Of a DNA stretch of 64,000 nucleotides, positions 1 to 9,150 are shown one piece after another. The notes under the pieces were generated by a model. That model did not search any database. It saw nothing but the letters and a program-made list of their open reading frames with translations, and was not told the origin of the DNA. Within the stretch, counting starts at the first letter, position 1. Each line of letters begins with the position of its first letter. Position numbers and translations under genes: made by a program. The DNA comes from Dehalococcoidia bacterium (lineage in GTDB: Bacteria > Chloroflexota > Dehalococcoidia > Plut-88900). The stretch spans positions 256,001-320,000 of the forward strand of contig CBDFLQ010000006.1 of the NCBI GenBank assembly GCA_965249275.1, read 5' to 3'.

Positions 1-677
1 AACGCCAGCAGCTCATCGCTCGCCCCGGAGGAATGCACCCCACCCCCCGCCCAGATCACTGGTCTCTCCGCCTCCATCAATACAGCAACCGCATCCTCCA
101 CCTCGTCCTTTGTCGGCGCCGACTCAGCCTTCTTGGCAGAGCCGCACAATTCTATGTCTGCCACTTCAGCCAGCGTTTCCGGCGGGATCTCGATCTCCAC
201 CGGGCGCGGGCGGCCGTTCCGCAATTGTCTGAATGCCTCTTGTACAGTCCCTGGCACCTCTACGGCATTGAGAATCCGTGCATTCCACTTCGTCACAGGG
301 TCGATAATATCCAGCTGATCGTTGACCTCGTGCAGTATCCCCACGTCCCGACCAATGTTCTTCTTGTTTATCTGTCCCGAGATCAGCAGCACCGGCGAAG
401 AGCACGCATATGCGTTCCCCAGCCCCGCCCCCGCGTTCTGGAGCCCGGGCCCCGGCACTACCATCGCAGTCCCGATCTGTCCCCCGGCCCTTGCGTATCC
501 GTCTGCCATATACGTCGTCGCCTGCTCGTGTCGAGTGGTGATGAACCGGATATCCGGCATGTCGTACAGCGCATCCATCGCGTGGTAAAGCTGCACTCCC
601 GGCAACCCGAAGATCACCCGTACACCCTCGTTATAAATCGAGCGGATCAGTGCCTGGCCGCCCGTCATCTCTGCCAT
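1..677 (-). CDS. Thiamine pyrophosphate-binding enzyme (acetolactate synthase-like), runs off the window start
   Basis: Not in the ORF track. Manual translation from ATG at 677 gives MAEMTGGQALIRSIYNEGVRVIFGLPGVQLYHAMDALYDMPDIRFITTRHEQATTYMADGYARA, with TPP-enzyme N-terminal motifs FGLPG and RHEQ..MADGYAR; SD AGGAG upstream. Confidence 0.9.
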   Translation of the reverse strand, partial: MAEMTGGQALIRSIYNEGVRVIFGLPGVQLYHAMDALYDMPDIRFITTRHEQATTYMADGYARAGGQIGTAMVVPGPGLQNAGAGLGNAYACSSPVLLISGQINKKNIGRDVGILHEVNDQLDIIDPVTKWNARILNAVEVPGTVQEAFRQLRNGRPRPVEIEIPPETLAEVADIELCGSAKKAESAPTKDEVEDAVAVLMEAERPVIWAGGGVHSSGASDELLA

Positions 678-733
678 TCGGTTTCTCCTGTTAAGTCCGT
701 AATTTTCATGTTCGAAGCCCGCCCGTCAGCCCC

Positions 734-1879
734 CTACCTCGGAGCCAGGTTGTACAACCTGGCACAGTTCTCCCACAAGACCTTCCTCTTCGTCTCTTCG
801 CTCACTTTGTCGTATTGCAGAAATGAGTCCACCGCATGTGGGTAGCTCGAGTCGGTATGCGGATAGTCGGTGGACAGCACCACGTTGTCGTCGCCAATCG
901 CATCCACAAGATGGTGTAGTAGCTCACCGTCCGTCTCCGTCGACACATAGCACTGCCGCACGAAATACTCACTCGGCTTCATGTCCAGCTGGACTTCCTG
1001 GCTGTCCCCGTAGGTCTCCCACTGGTCGTCCAACCGGTATAGCACCCAAGGGACCCACGAGCAATTCCCCTCCAGAAACGCCATCCTGAGCCGAGGGAAT
1101 CTGTGCAACAGCCCGCCCGCCGTGACACATCCTATCGACAACATCAACGGAATGGGAAACGAAAACGCGTGCACGAGCACCAGGTTGTTCGGATGGTCCC
1201 GAAACCAGTTCCCTGGATTCTTAGCCGCAAACCCCTGCGACGTGTCGTGAAACGTGACTGGGATATCCATCTCCTGCAAGGTGTCCCATAGTGGGTCGCA
1301 TTCCTTGTCGTGCACCATCCGGTTATCGATCACCGTCGGCAGCAGCGTAACCGCCGTCATCCCCAACTCCCTGATGCACCTCCCCGCCTCCTCCACCGCC
1401 GCCGAAACGTCTGTCAATGCCAGAATCCCCGACCCCTTCAACCTCGCCTCGTCCACCGACGCGAATTCATGTAGCCAGTTATTGAACGCCCGGCACACAG
1501 CGAAGGTGTATCCGGGGTCCTGCCCGTCCACCTGTATCGCCATTTGTGCAAACGTGCGAAACAGGATCGCTACGTCGATCCCCTCCACATCCATCGCCCT
1601 GAGAGTTAGCTCAGCCGTATACCCGTGCTTCAGCTCCTCCGCGTAAACCTTCGACTTCCGGTCGTCGAGGCGCTTCCGAGAGACCATCTCCTTCTTGGTC
1701 CACTCCTCGGACACCGGGGCATCAGTCTTCACCACAAAGTCCTTGTGTCCGCTTTCCGGACGGGACATCCACACCGGCGCCGCCTCCCGATACCTCGGTT
1801 CGAGGTATCGCTCGTACATGTCGGGCGGCTCCATCACGTGGAGGTCGCTGTCGGCTACAAGGAATCCGTTTTTAGACAT
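734..1879 (-). CDS. Amidohydrolase_2 family metallo-hydrolase/decarboxylase
   Basis: DSDLH at N-terminus, LEGNCSW, STDYPH. Confidence 0.9.
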   Translation of the reverse strand: MSKNGFLVADSDLHVMEPPDMYERYLEPRYREAAPVWMSRPESGHKDFVVKTDAPVSEEWTKKEMVSRKRLDDRKSKVYAEELKHGYTAELTLRAMDVEGIDVAILFRTFAQMAIQVDGQDPGYTFAVCRAFNNWLHEFASVDEARLKGSGILALTDVSAAVEEAGRCIRELGMTAVTLLPTVIDNRMVHDKECDPLWDTLQEMDIPVTFHDTSQGFAAKNPGNWFRDHPNNLVLVHAFSFPIPLMLSIGCVTAGGLLHRFPRLRMAFLEGNCSWVPWVLYRLDDQWETYGDSQEVQLDMKPSEYFVRQCYVSTETDGELLHHLVDAIGDDNVVLSTDYPHTDSSYPHAVDSFLQYDKVSEETKRKVLWENCARLYNLAPR

Positions 1880-1948
1880 TGTGTAATGCAGGCCTGCACC
1901 CCAAGCACGGGTCTCCGGCTTGGGCTTGAAAATTCAGTTGAAACCCGG

Positions 1949-3178
1949 CTAGCTGCCGAGAATCTGCGAAGGAATAGACTTCTTAGGGTCCACGAACGGG
2001 ATCGGGACGATTGCAGCGTCCACGGGCCCATCATCCGGGAGCACCGCCTTCAGCTTAGTCCCCTCCGCCGTCATGTCTATCGGCATCATCGCCAGCGCTA
2101 TGTTGCAGTCTAGCCTCGGCGAGAAGAATGCGCTCGTGACGTACCCTACATCGTTCTCACCCGACTCATCTGTAACTATAAAGTAGTCCGGGTTGTACCA
2201 GGTTATCGGCGTGCCGCCCATCGCCAGGCCCACCATCCTCTGCTCTATCCCATCTTCCTTGATCTTAACCAGCGCTTCTTTGCCGATGTAGCCTTCTTTG
2301 TTGAAGTCCACCTGCCAGTCCAGGTTCACCTCGAACGGGTTTGTCTCGATGTCCATGTCCTGCCCGTAGGACAGGATGGCCGCTTCCAGCCGACGCACGT
2401 GGCTCGGAGCGATAACGTGCAGTTCGAACTCCTCACCCGCCGCAAGGACCGTGTTCCACATCTCGTCTGAATTGTCCACGGCGTCGTGCAGGTAGATTTC
2501 AAACCCCACCTCCGCCGAGAACCCCGTCCTCGAGATGTCCACCCGAAGCCCGTTCAGGTCCGTCTGCCAGATCGTGTAGTACTTCATGTCCATGATCCCG
2601 TCACCGAATAGCTTCCTCATCAGCTGTACCGACTTCGGGCCCTGGATCTGCACCGGCGAGATGTCGACCTCGCTGATGTCCACGTTAAACTCGCCCTTGT
2701 AGTTGACCCCCTGGCACCACAGCAGCACGTCAGAGTCCGAGATGCTGAACCGGAACTCGTCCTCCGCCGTCCTCAGCAACACCGGGTCGTTGATGATCCC
2801 GCCATTCTGGTTGCACAGGATCACGTACCGGGCCTTGTTCACCGGCAATTTCTTGTAAACATCCCTCGTGATCACCCGGTCCACAAACGCTGCGGCGTCC
2901 GGCCCCTTCACCTGAATCTGCCTCTCCACTGCCACGTCCCACATCGTCACGTGCTTGGTGATGTACTCGTACTCCTTCATCAACCCGCCGTCCTCGGGCT
3001 TCACGTACGCCCGAGGGTGGTAGGTGTGGTTATACGTGGCGAAAGCCCAGGCGCCTGCTTTCACCGCCAGGTGCCAGTACGGGCCCTTGCGCAGACGGGT
3101 AGTGATCTTGATCTTCGCATCCACGTCGCCGCTCTGCCTCATGTTCAGGGGCAAGGAACGCTTCTTCAATCGCAGCAT
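1949..3178 (-). CDS. Aminomethyltransferase / THF-dependent demethylase (GcvT/DmdA-like)
   Basis: YNHTYHP, WDVAVERQ, GGIINDP, SRTGFSAEVGFEIY, RRLEAAILSYGQDM; SD GGAGG. Confidence 0.88.
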   Translation of the reverse strand: MLRLKKRSLPLNMRQSGDVDAKIKITTRLRKGPYWHLAVKAGAWAFATYNHTYHPRAYVKPEDGGLMKEYEYITKHVTMWDVAVERQIQVKGPDAAAFVDRVITRDVYKKLPVNKARYVILCNQNGGIINDPVLLRTAEDEFRFSISDSDVLLWCQGVNYKGEFNVDISEVDISPVQIQGPKSVQLMRKLFGDGIMDMKYYTIWQTDLNGLRVDISRTGFSAEVGFEIYLHDAVDNSDEMWNTVLAAGEEFELHVIAPSHVRRLEAAILSYGQDMDIETNPFEVNLDWQVDFNKEGYIGKEALVKIKEDGIEQRMVGLAMGGTPITWYNPDYFIVTDESGENDVGYVTSAFFSPRLDCNIALAMMPIDMTAEGTKLKAVLPDDGPVDAAIVPIPFVDPKKSIPSQILGS

Positions 3179-3238
3179 TTAACCAGTCCTCCCGGTCTCT
3201 GGTGACCGTAGAATGTCCGGCCGCTCGGGTGCCGGCCC

Positions 3239-4405
3239 TCAGTTCAGGAACCCGTAGAGTTTCCCGGCATTTTCGTAGACCAGCTTATGTCTCATCTCTG
3301 CGTCAAGCATTCCAAGGTTACGCTCTATCGTTTCCATCGAATCCGGCCACACGCTGTCAGCGTGCGGGTAGTCCGACCCCCACAGCACGTTCCCCGTCCC
3401 AACCGATTCTATGACATCCGCGGTAAGGGGCTCATCCTGGAACGTCGAGTACCCGTGCTGTCTCCAAAGCTCGCTGGGCATGGCGCTCAGACCTAGCTGG
3501 AACAGCCGGTCTTCGTACTCCACGTCTATTCGATGAATCACGTAGGGCAGCCATCCTATCCCGCACTCACCAAGCACGAATTTGAAGTTCGGGAACAAGT
3601 CGCATGCCCCCGACAACAGCACGCTCGTCATGAACTCCGGCCCCGAGAGTTGGAACAGCGTGTACATCAACCCCAACGAGATAGTCTCGTACCGCTCATC
3701 CGCCCCCGACTCCGGCTGCCGGTAGTTAAGCCCGACAGTGTGGAAGGAGATCGGCATGTTGCATTCGCCCGCCGTCTCCCACAGCTCATTCCATTCTTCC
3801 TGGTAGATCGGCGACGACGCACTGGACACGTTCATCTCCGCGCCCTTCAACCCGAGGTCCGCAGCCCGTTTCAACTGCGCCGCAGCTATGGAAGGGCTGT
3901 GGCTCGATATACAGGCCAGCGCCGCTAGCCTGTCGGGGGCTGCTTTGCAAAAATCGGCAGCCCATTGATTGTAAATGTCATAGACACAGGTCAGAGCCTC
4001 TGGGCTCGATAGCCCGCCCTCCGCATCCGAGAAACCCGTAGACACCCCCAGGATTCCGTATATCACCTCGGCCTCTATCCCGTCGGCATCCTGGTCTTTG
4101 AGCCTGAGCTCAGGAGTACTGGGATGGAACTTACCCGCATCCGCATCCGAGAAAAACCCCATCTCCTCCATCCGGTCGAGCCGCTTCGACTTCCCCGGCT
4201 GGTACGGCTCGTAGGAGCCCGTCAGCGCCCCCGCCGCCACAAACCCGAAACTCGTATTCTCAGCCTTCCAGATGCGCCCTTGATCGGTATCCACCACCCT
4301 GGGCATTTTGTCCTTCAGGGAATCCGGCGCATTGGACACGAACAGGTCCTCCGGCAGCCACACAATGTCCATATGGGTGTCGGCAGAAATAACCGTCTGC
4401 TCCAC
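3239..4405 (-). CDS. Amidohydrolase_2 family protein
   Basis: SADTH, GECGIGW, WGSDYPH; SD GGAGG. Confidence 0.9.
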   Translation of the reverse strand: MEQTVISADTHMDIVWLPEDLFVSNAPDSLKDKMPRVVDTDQGRIWKAENTSFGFVAAGALTGSYEPYQPGKSKRLDRMEEMGFFSDADAGKFHPSTPELRLKDQDADGIEAEVIYGILGVSTGFSDAEGGLSSPEALTCVYDIYNQWAADFCKAAPDRLAALACISSHSPSIAAAQLKRAADLGLKGAEMNVSSASSPIYQEEWNELWETAGECNMPISFHTVGLNYRQPESGADERYETISLGLMYTLFQLSGPEFMTSVLLSGACDLFPNFKFVLGECGIGWLPYVIHRIDVEYEDRLFQLGLSAMPSELWRQHGYSTFQDEPLTADVIESVGTGNVLWGSDYPHADSVWPDSMETIERNLGMLDAEMRHKLVYENAGKLYGFLN

Positions 4406-4662
4406 GACTGTACCCTCCTCTCCTGATCAGGTAATTTGTCCAAGGCCCCGGGGCCCGACTCAACTTCTTAATAGCCCCGACTATCAGCTCAGCGCCGACA
4501 GTCGGCATATTGTATTCCCTACTTTCAATTAAAGAAATACCTAACTCAAATCCATTACTCTGAAAAACCATTCACAACCCATGTCTCGGGGCCAAAGACC
4601 GCTCGTGCTGAACCTGTTGAAGTAAGGGCGAAGGCTCGGAGTCATGCCCTCTCTCCCTTGAT

Positions 4663-4815
4663 GAGACCTTTGCATAATCCGTGCCGGAGGGGGCGGGGCC
4701 GCTCGTGCTGTCGTAGATCCGCCGAGGCGGGAGGCTCTCGAAGTATGAGCTGGGGAGGGAGGTAAGGTGATCTGGATGGCACCAATGGCTTGCTCTGCAA
4801 TTACGCAAAGGTCCC
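4663..4815. mobile_element. MITE copy A in the loop of a CCCTCTCCC/GGGAGAG hairpin, carrying a 21-bp nested insert
   Basis: TIRs GAGACCTTTGCATAAT/ATTACGCAAAGGTCCC; flanks TTGAT and TCGAC (loop duplication); internal GCTCGTGCTG..AGGCTCTCGAAGTATGAGC. Confidence 0.85.
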
Positions 4816-4878
4816 TCGACGGGAGAGGTCTAGGGCCATAGACTCGCTGAGGCGAGTGAGCATGAAATCCCCACCCCC

Positions 4879-5352
4879 TCAAACAGTTGTCGCGCCCGAC
4901 GGCTGCGGCTCCCGCTCAATCAACTCCAACATGTTCCCATCCGGGTCGTACACATAGCACACCTTCCGCGCCCACGGGTACACCGCGCCGGGCCGCAGGG
5001 CCGGAGGATTCACGAACTCCATCCCCCGCCCCGACAGGTCCTCATAAAACGCATCCACGTCGTCGACTATTATTCCCAAATGCGCTGTCCCCACCCGATT
5101 CCTGGGATGCGTCGACCCCGCGATAACCGCAGGTTCCAAGAAATGCACAAGCTCGACAGCGTGCCGCAAATCATTCCCCAGGTAAACGACATGCACCTTT
5201 GCGTTCTCGAACCCCGTCAGCTGCGTAACAATGTCCCCTTCCAAAACCATGTTCCGCTGCTCCCTCAACCCCAGCACATCCCTATAGAAAACCAGCGCCC
5301 GCTCCATGTCCGACACCACAAACCCCGTATGGTTCATCCATTCAACCTTCAC
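4879..5352 (-). CDS. VOC (glyoxalase/bleomycin resistance) family protein
   Basis: NHTGFVVSDMERALVFYRDVLGL, AHLGIIVDD, DPDGNMLELIE. Confidence 0.9.
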   Translation of the reverse strand: MKVEWMNHTGFVVSDMERALVFYRDVLGLREQRNMVLEGDIVTQLTGFENAKVHVVYLGNDLRHAVELVHFLEPAVIAGSTHPRNRVGTAHLGIIVDDVDAFYEDLSGRGMEFVNPPALRPGAVYPWARKVCYVYDPDGNMLELIEREPQPSGATTV

Positions 5353-5407
5353 AGATATCCTCCGACTCTAGTTCAACTTTACCTGCTGGGCCATTAGCCC
5401 CCTCCCT

Positions 5408-5478
5408 GTAGGGGCTACCGGCTGGTGCCCTCCCTGCGTCAGTCCTGCGGAGGCAGGTCTTAGATGCGCCGAGGCGTG
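5408..5478 (+). repeat. REP cluster: GTAGGGGC..GCCC hairpin plus a 21-bp mini palindrome
   Basis: GTAGGGGCTACCGGCTGGTGCCC resembles GTAGGGGCGACCAGCTGGTCGCC at ~17809; TCTTAGATGCGCCGAGGCGTG at 5458-5478. Confidence 0.65.
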
Positions 5479-5572
5479 AATTCATCCCTTCTCATTACTC
5501 CCACCAGCCCTAATTCAACCTTCCCTGCCAACGCTTCTCCACCTTCACCCGCGGCGCGGGCATTTCCCATAT

Positions 5573-5833
5573 CTAATCTAGTGGCGCGATCTTGCCCGGA
5601 GTTTCCTGTTCTTGCGCTCGTCGCCACGCTTCCCTTAGTTCTTGTTGATGAAGTCGCGTCCATTCCATGACCATGCCCCGTGCCCGGATGGGGAGTCGCC
5701 CTTGCAACACGACTGGTGGATCAATGCAGAAAACTGCTTGGTCACTTCCGTATCTGGCATGGAAATGCGGGGGAGCGTGGTCATCAAAATACATCTGAAT
5801 GATAATGCCGTAGAACCGGCAGAGTTCAGGCAT
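5573..5833 (-). CDS. DUF4160 domain protein (putative TA component)
   Basis: MPELCRFYGIIIQMYFDDHAPPHFHARYG...W..LHQQEL..W. Confidence 0.88.
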   Translation of the reverse strand: MPELCRFYGIIIQMYFDDHAPPHFHARYGSDQAVFCIDPPVVLQGRLPIRARGMVMEWTRLHQQELREAWRRAQEQETPGKIAPLD

Positions 5834-5834
5834 T

Positions 5835-6113
5835 TTACAGAGCCGTCTGCGCTTCCGGCATTATCTCGACAAGAGACTTGCCTGTAATCCTCAAGTAAAG
5901 AGCATCCGGGCACAACTCAAGCTCCTCGCTCCAGGCAATTGAATCATATTCGGTTATACGCACCCCCTCGAAGCAACTGCGGTCGTTCCATGCCTTGAAC
6001 ACCCCCCGCCCCGCCAGATGCGATAGGTCTACCTCTCCTTCGACACCGTCCGAGTAACGTATCCATATCCTGTAGCCCGTTCTCGGTTCTACCGCTGTAG
6101 GTCTGATCATCAT
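5835..6113 (-). CDS. DUF2442 domain protein (putative TA component)
   Basis: YRIWIRYSDGVEGEVDL..L.GRGVF...IAWSEELELCPDALY. Confidence 0.88.
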   Translation of the reverse strand: MMIRPTAVEPRTGYRIWIRYSDGVEGEVDLSHLAGRGVFKAWNDRSCFEGVRITEYDSIAWSEELELCPDALYLRITGKSLVEIMPEAQTAL

Positions 6114-6125
6114 AGCCCTCCTTGC

Positions 6126-7016
6126 TTACCCCACCCCCAACACCCGACCCGCATTCCCGCCCATCATCAACTCCACCGCCTCCTCCGATATCTCGCACCC
6201 GTACTTCTTCCCCATCGACGGCAAATCATGGCACAGATCCACGAATCTCTTCAACGACATCTCTTTCCTGATCCCCGGAAAGTCGCTCGCCCACATAACC
6301 CGTTCCGCCCCGAGGCTTTGAATCATCTGATCAATTGCCCTGACCGTACCCTCTTCATCGGCCTTGAACCTCGCCTGCCACTCCGATATCTCCGGGTAGA
6401 TGTTCGGGTGCGACTTCGCCACAGTCACGCAGTCTTGCCACCAGTCCCCACCCGCGTGGCCCAGGATCATATCCAAATTCGGAAAGTCCGCCGCCACCTG
6501 ATCGAACTCCAGCGGGTGCGCCGACTTCCCATACAGCAATGGATGAAACCCCGGCCCCGAGTGGAACAGCACCGGCAGCCCGTTCGCCACGCAAATCTCG
6601 TACAACGCGTAGCAAGACCGGTCGCTGGGAAAGTATCCCGTCGTCGGGTGCAGCTTGATCCCCGACACCCCACCACCGTTCACCGCCGCCTCAAACTTCT
6701 CCGTCGACCCCTCCCTCTGTGGGTCAATGCCGTAAAAAGCGATCAGCCGGTCCGGGTACATCTCATGCGCCGACACCAGCATCGCATTCTCTTCCTCCAC
6801 CCCGACCTCCGTCTCCCCGAAACGCATCGCGAAGTCGGCCAGAATGATCACGCTCATGTCCACCGACGCCCCGTCCATCTCCTCGACAATCTCCCGCGCC
6901 GCCCGACGCCAGTCAAAATCAGAAGGCTCCGACCCTTCCCAACGCGGGTCGCCCGCAAACAGCTTCGGGTGCCGCTGGTCCGCAGACCACATATGCCGGT
7001 GTACATCAATAATCAT
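6126..7016 (-). CDS. Amidohydrolase_2 family protein
   Basis: IIDVHRH, GIKLHP, VLFHSG, ILGHAG, WASDFP. Confidence 0.9.
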   Translation of the reverse strand: MIIDVHRHMWSADQRHPKLFAGDPRWEGSEPSDFDWRRAAREIVEEMDGASVDMSVIILADFAMRFGETEVGVEEENAMLVSAHEMYPDRLIAFYGIDPQREGSTEKFEAAVNGGGVSGIKLHPTTGYFPSDRSCYALYEICVANGLPVLFHSGPGFHPLLYGKSAHPLEFDQVAADFPNLDMILGHAGGDWWQDCVTVAKSHPNIYPEISEWQARFKADEEGTVRAIDQMIQSLGAERVMWASDFPGIRKEMSLKRFVDLCHDLPSMGKKYGCEISEEAVELMMGGNAGRVLGVG

Positions 7017-7107
7017 CTTCCAAATGCTCCCGTTACCCTATCTATGTGACACCTTCGCATAACCGTCATCCCCCCTCCCACTAGGAACCCGTTCCCCGGT
7101 TGGGGGG

Positions 7108-7142
7108 CCGCTCACCCTGAGCCCCGTCGAAGGGTCGAGCGG
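7108..7142 (+). repeat. REP family B (CCGCTCACCCTGAGC-nn-GTCGAAGGGTCGAGCGG)
   Basis: Related copies at 8999-9032, 17890-17923, 24307-24335, 33652-33698 and 56308-56390. Confidence 0.85.
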
Positions 7143-7155
7143 GGGGTTGTCCCAT

Positions 7156-8661
7156 TCAACCAACAATCGCATCTATCGCCTGTTCCAACTTCCCCGCCGA
7201 CTCATCAAGCCTGCGCTTCCTCCCCTCCACCGACTCCTCATCTTCCCGAAGTCGCGCCTTGTACTCCACCATCCTCCTACGGCACTCCTCGGGAGCCGGG
7301 CCCCCGTACAGCGTCCGACGCTCCACGAACGCCATCGGGTCCAACGCCCGAGTCAGGGCTTCCTCACTCAATCCGACACCCTCCCCCATATACTCCACGG
7401 CCGCCTCATCCAAAAGATCCGGAGTCACGTCCCGAGGCCGGATCCCCCGCTCCTCCGTGAACCTCACCAGTATCCCCACTATCTGGTGCGCAGTCCTCCA
7501 CGGCAATCCCTTCTCCCTGACCAGTGCACCCGCCACATCCGTCGCCTGCGCCCAGTGCGCCCCCGCCATCTCCCTCATACGCTCTCGTTTCACCTCCAGC
7601 GCCGGCATCAGCTCAATGAACCATCCCAGGTTCCGAATGGCCATGTCGAACGAGCGGAATAGAGCGTCATCCATGTAGCGAAGGTCCATCGTCGGGTCCC
7701 CACTCGCCGCCTTCTGTACTGCGAACGAGGCCACCAGCCCGCCCATCGCATCTGCCACGGCTCCACGCACGTATTCCAGGCTGTCCGGGTTCTTCTTCTG
7801 CATCATTATGCTGCTCGTCCCGCAGAACCGGTCCGGCACGTCGATGTACCCCGCCTCCGACGTGAACCAGAAGTTAAGGTCCGACGCCCACCTTGAAAGG
7901 TTCAGGTGCACCGAGGCCACCGCCATGAAGGTGTCCAATGGCGTGTCCTCGTTGAGAATTGCGTCATAGGTATTGGGCAATACACCGTCGAACCCCATCA
8001 GTTCCGCCGTCCGATGCCTGTTCAACGGAAAGTCCGACCCAGTCATTATCGCCGACCCCGCGGGGCTCTGGTTTGCCCAGCTATACGCAAACGCCGCTCG
8101 CCCAAAACACCGCTCCAGGCTCGACGTCCAGGCTAGCAGTTGATGGCCTAACGTTGTAGGCTGGGCGTGCTGGCTATGCGTGTACGCCGGCATCACCGAT
8201 TCCAGGTTCTCACCCGCCACCTGCAGAAACACCCCCCGAAGCCGGTTGATTTCCCCCATCAGCGTGATCAGCCCATCCCGTTGCCGGCACCGACGCCACA
8301 CCGCATGCAGGTCCCCCGAGCTCCGGCCCAGGTGCATCCTCCCCCCCACCTCCTCCCCCAGCCGCCGTATCAGAAAATACTCCCCTGAATGCATCGCACC
8401 CCCCGCCTCCAACCTCGACTCCACAATCTTGTCCGGCTCAGTGCTCCTGAGCTCCTTCAGCATCAATACCACATCGAACTTCGGGATTAGTTCCTCCTCC
8501 GCCAGCATCACCAAGTGGGCTTTGTCGAACAGGTGATAGGGATAAAGAGCCCCTTCGTCCTGCCCCTCGGAGAAAGATGGGAGACCTGCCAGCATAGGCT
8601 CCATCAGCCGGATCCCCGCCGTCCGGTATCCCTTGTATTCCTCCTGTTTCTGCTTTCTCAC
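7156..8661 (-). CDS. argH: Argininosuccinate lyase-like C-N lyase (fumarase/aspartase superfamily)
   Basis: HLGRSSGD, PAYTHSQHAQP, signature GTSSIMMQKKNPD, PWRTAHQIVG. Divergent, so possibly a paralog. Confidence 0.8.
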   Translation of the reverse strand: MRKQKQEEYKGYRTAGIRLMEPMLAGLPSFSEGQDEGALYPYHLFDKAHLVMLAEEELIPKFDVVLMLKELRSTEPDKIVESRLEAGGAMHSGEYFLIRRLGEEVGGRMHLGRSSGDLHAVWRRCRQRDGLITLMGEINRLRGVFLQVAGENLESVMPAYTHSQHAQPTTLGHQLLAWTSSLERCFGRAAFAYSWANQSPAGSAIMTGSDFPLNRHRTAELMGFDGVLPNTYDAILNEDTPLDTFMAVASVHLNLSRWASDLNFWFTSEAGYIDVPDRFCGTSSIMMQKKNPDSLEYVRGAVADAMGGLVASFAVQKAASGDPTMDLRYMDDALFRSFDMAIRNLGWFIELMPALEVKRERMREMAGAHWAQATDVAGALVREKGLPWRTAHQIVGILVRFTEERGIRPRDVTPDLLDEAAVEYMGEGVGLSEEALTRALDPMAFVERRTLYGGPAPEECRRRMVEYKARLREDEESVEGRKRRLDESAGKLEQAIDAIVG

Positions 8662-8834
8662 TCAGACGCTCCTTTCCCAGACCATTCACGACCCCTGACT
8701 CCGACGGTATCCTACATTCTAACCGCCGCCCTCTCAACAAACGCCCACCCCCAACTCACGCTGAAACCCTCCGTCATGCCAATCGAACTACGTCCTTCCT
8801 AGCCATACCACTCCCCTACCCCCTGACATCCACA

Positions 8835-8859
8835 ATTCCGAGGCTCCGCGAGGAATCTA
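8835..8859 (+). repeat. REP family A (TGTCATTCCGAGGCTCCGCGAGGAATCTA), 5'-truncated copy
   Basis: Other copies at 15234, 26726, 28275, 28909, 31212, 39885 and 59904; the 28909 copy has the compensatory ATCCC/GGGAT stem. Confidence 0.88.
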
Positions 8860-8998
8860 GGATTTGCCCACTCACACGTTCTTCGCCAAAACTGTGAGCC
8901 TCCAGCCCCAAGCAACCGTGCCCGCTCATGTTTTCGTAGGTGCGCCGTGCTGAAAATCCGCCTTCGTCGGAGCATAAACCCCTCCCCAGCGGCGGGGT

Positions 8999-9032
8999 CG
9001 CTCACCCTGAGCCGCGTCGAAGGGTCGAGCGG
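8999..9032 (+). repeat. REP family B copy
   Basis: CGCTCACCCTGAGCCGCGTCGAAGGGTCGAGCGG. Confidence 0.85.
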
Positions 9033-9150
9033 GGGGGCGGCCTCGCACTGCCAATCCGTCGCGTCCATCCAGTGATCCTATGCTTGACTCCCTCCACGCA
9101 CACGAGTAGCTTTTCACACATAACCCTTGCCAGCACCAAGGAGCCCAGCC

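Noticed and set aside
33-845. Long antisense ORFs (33-845, 9346-10581, 20526-21590, 24024-25181, 25655-26755 and others)
   Set aside because: They are shadows of well-supported genes on the opposite strand in GC-rich DNA.
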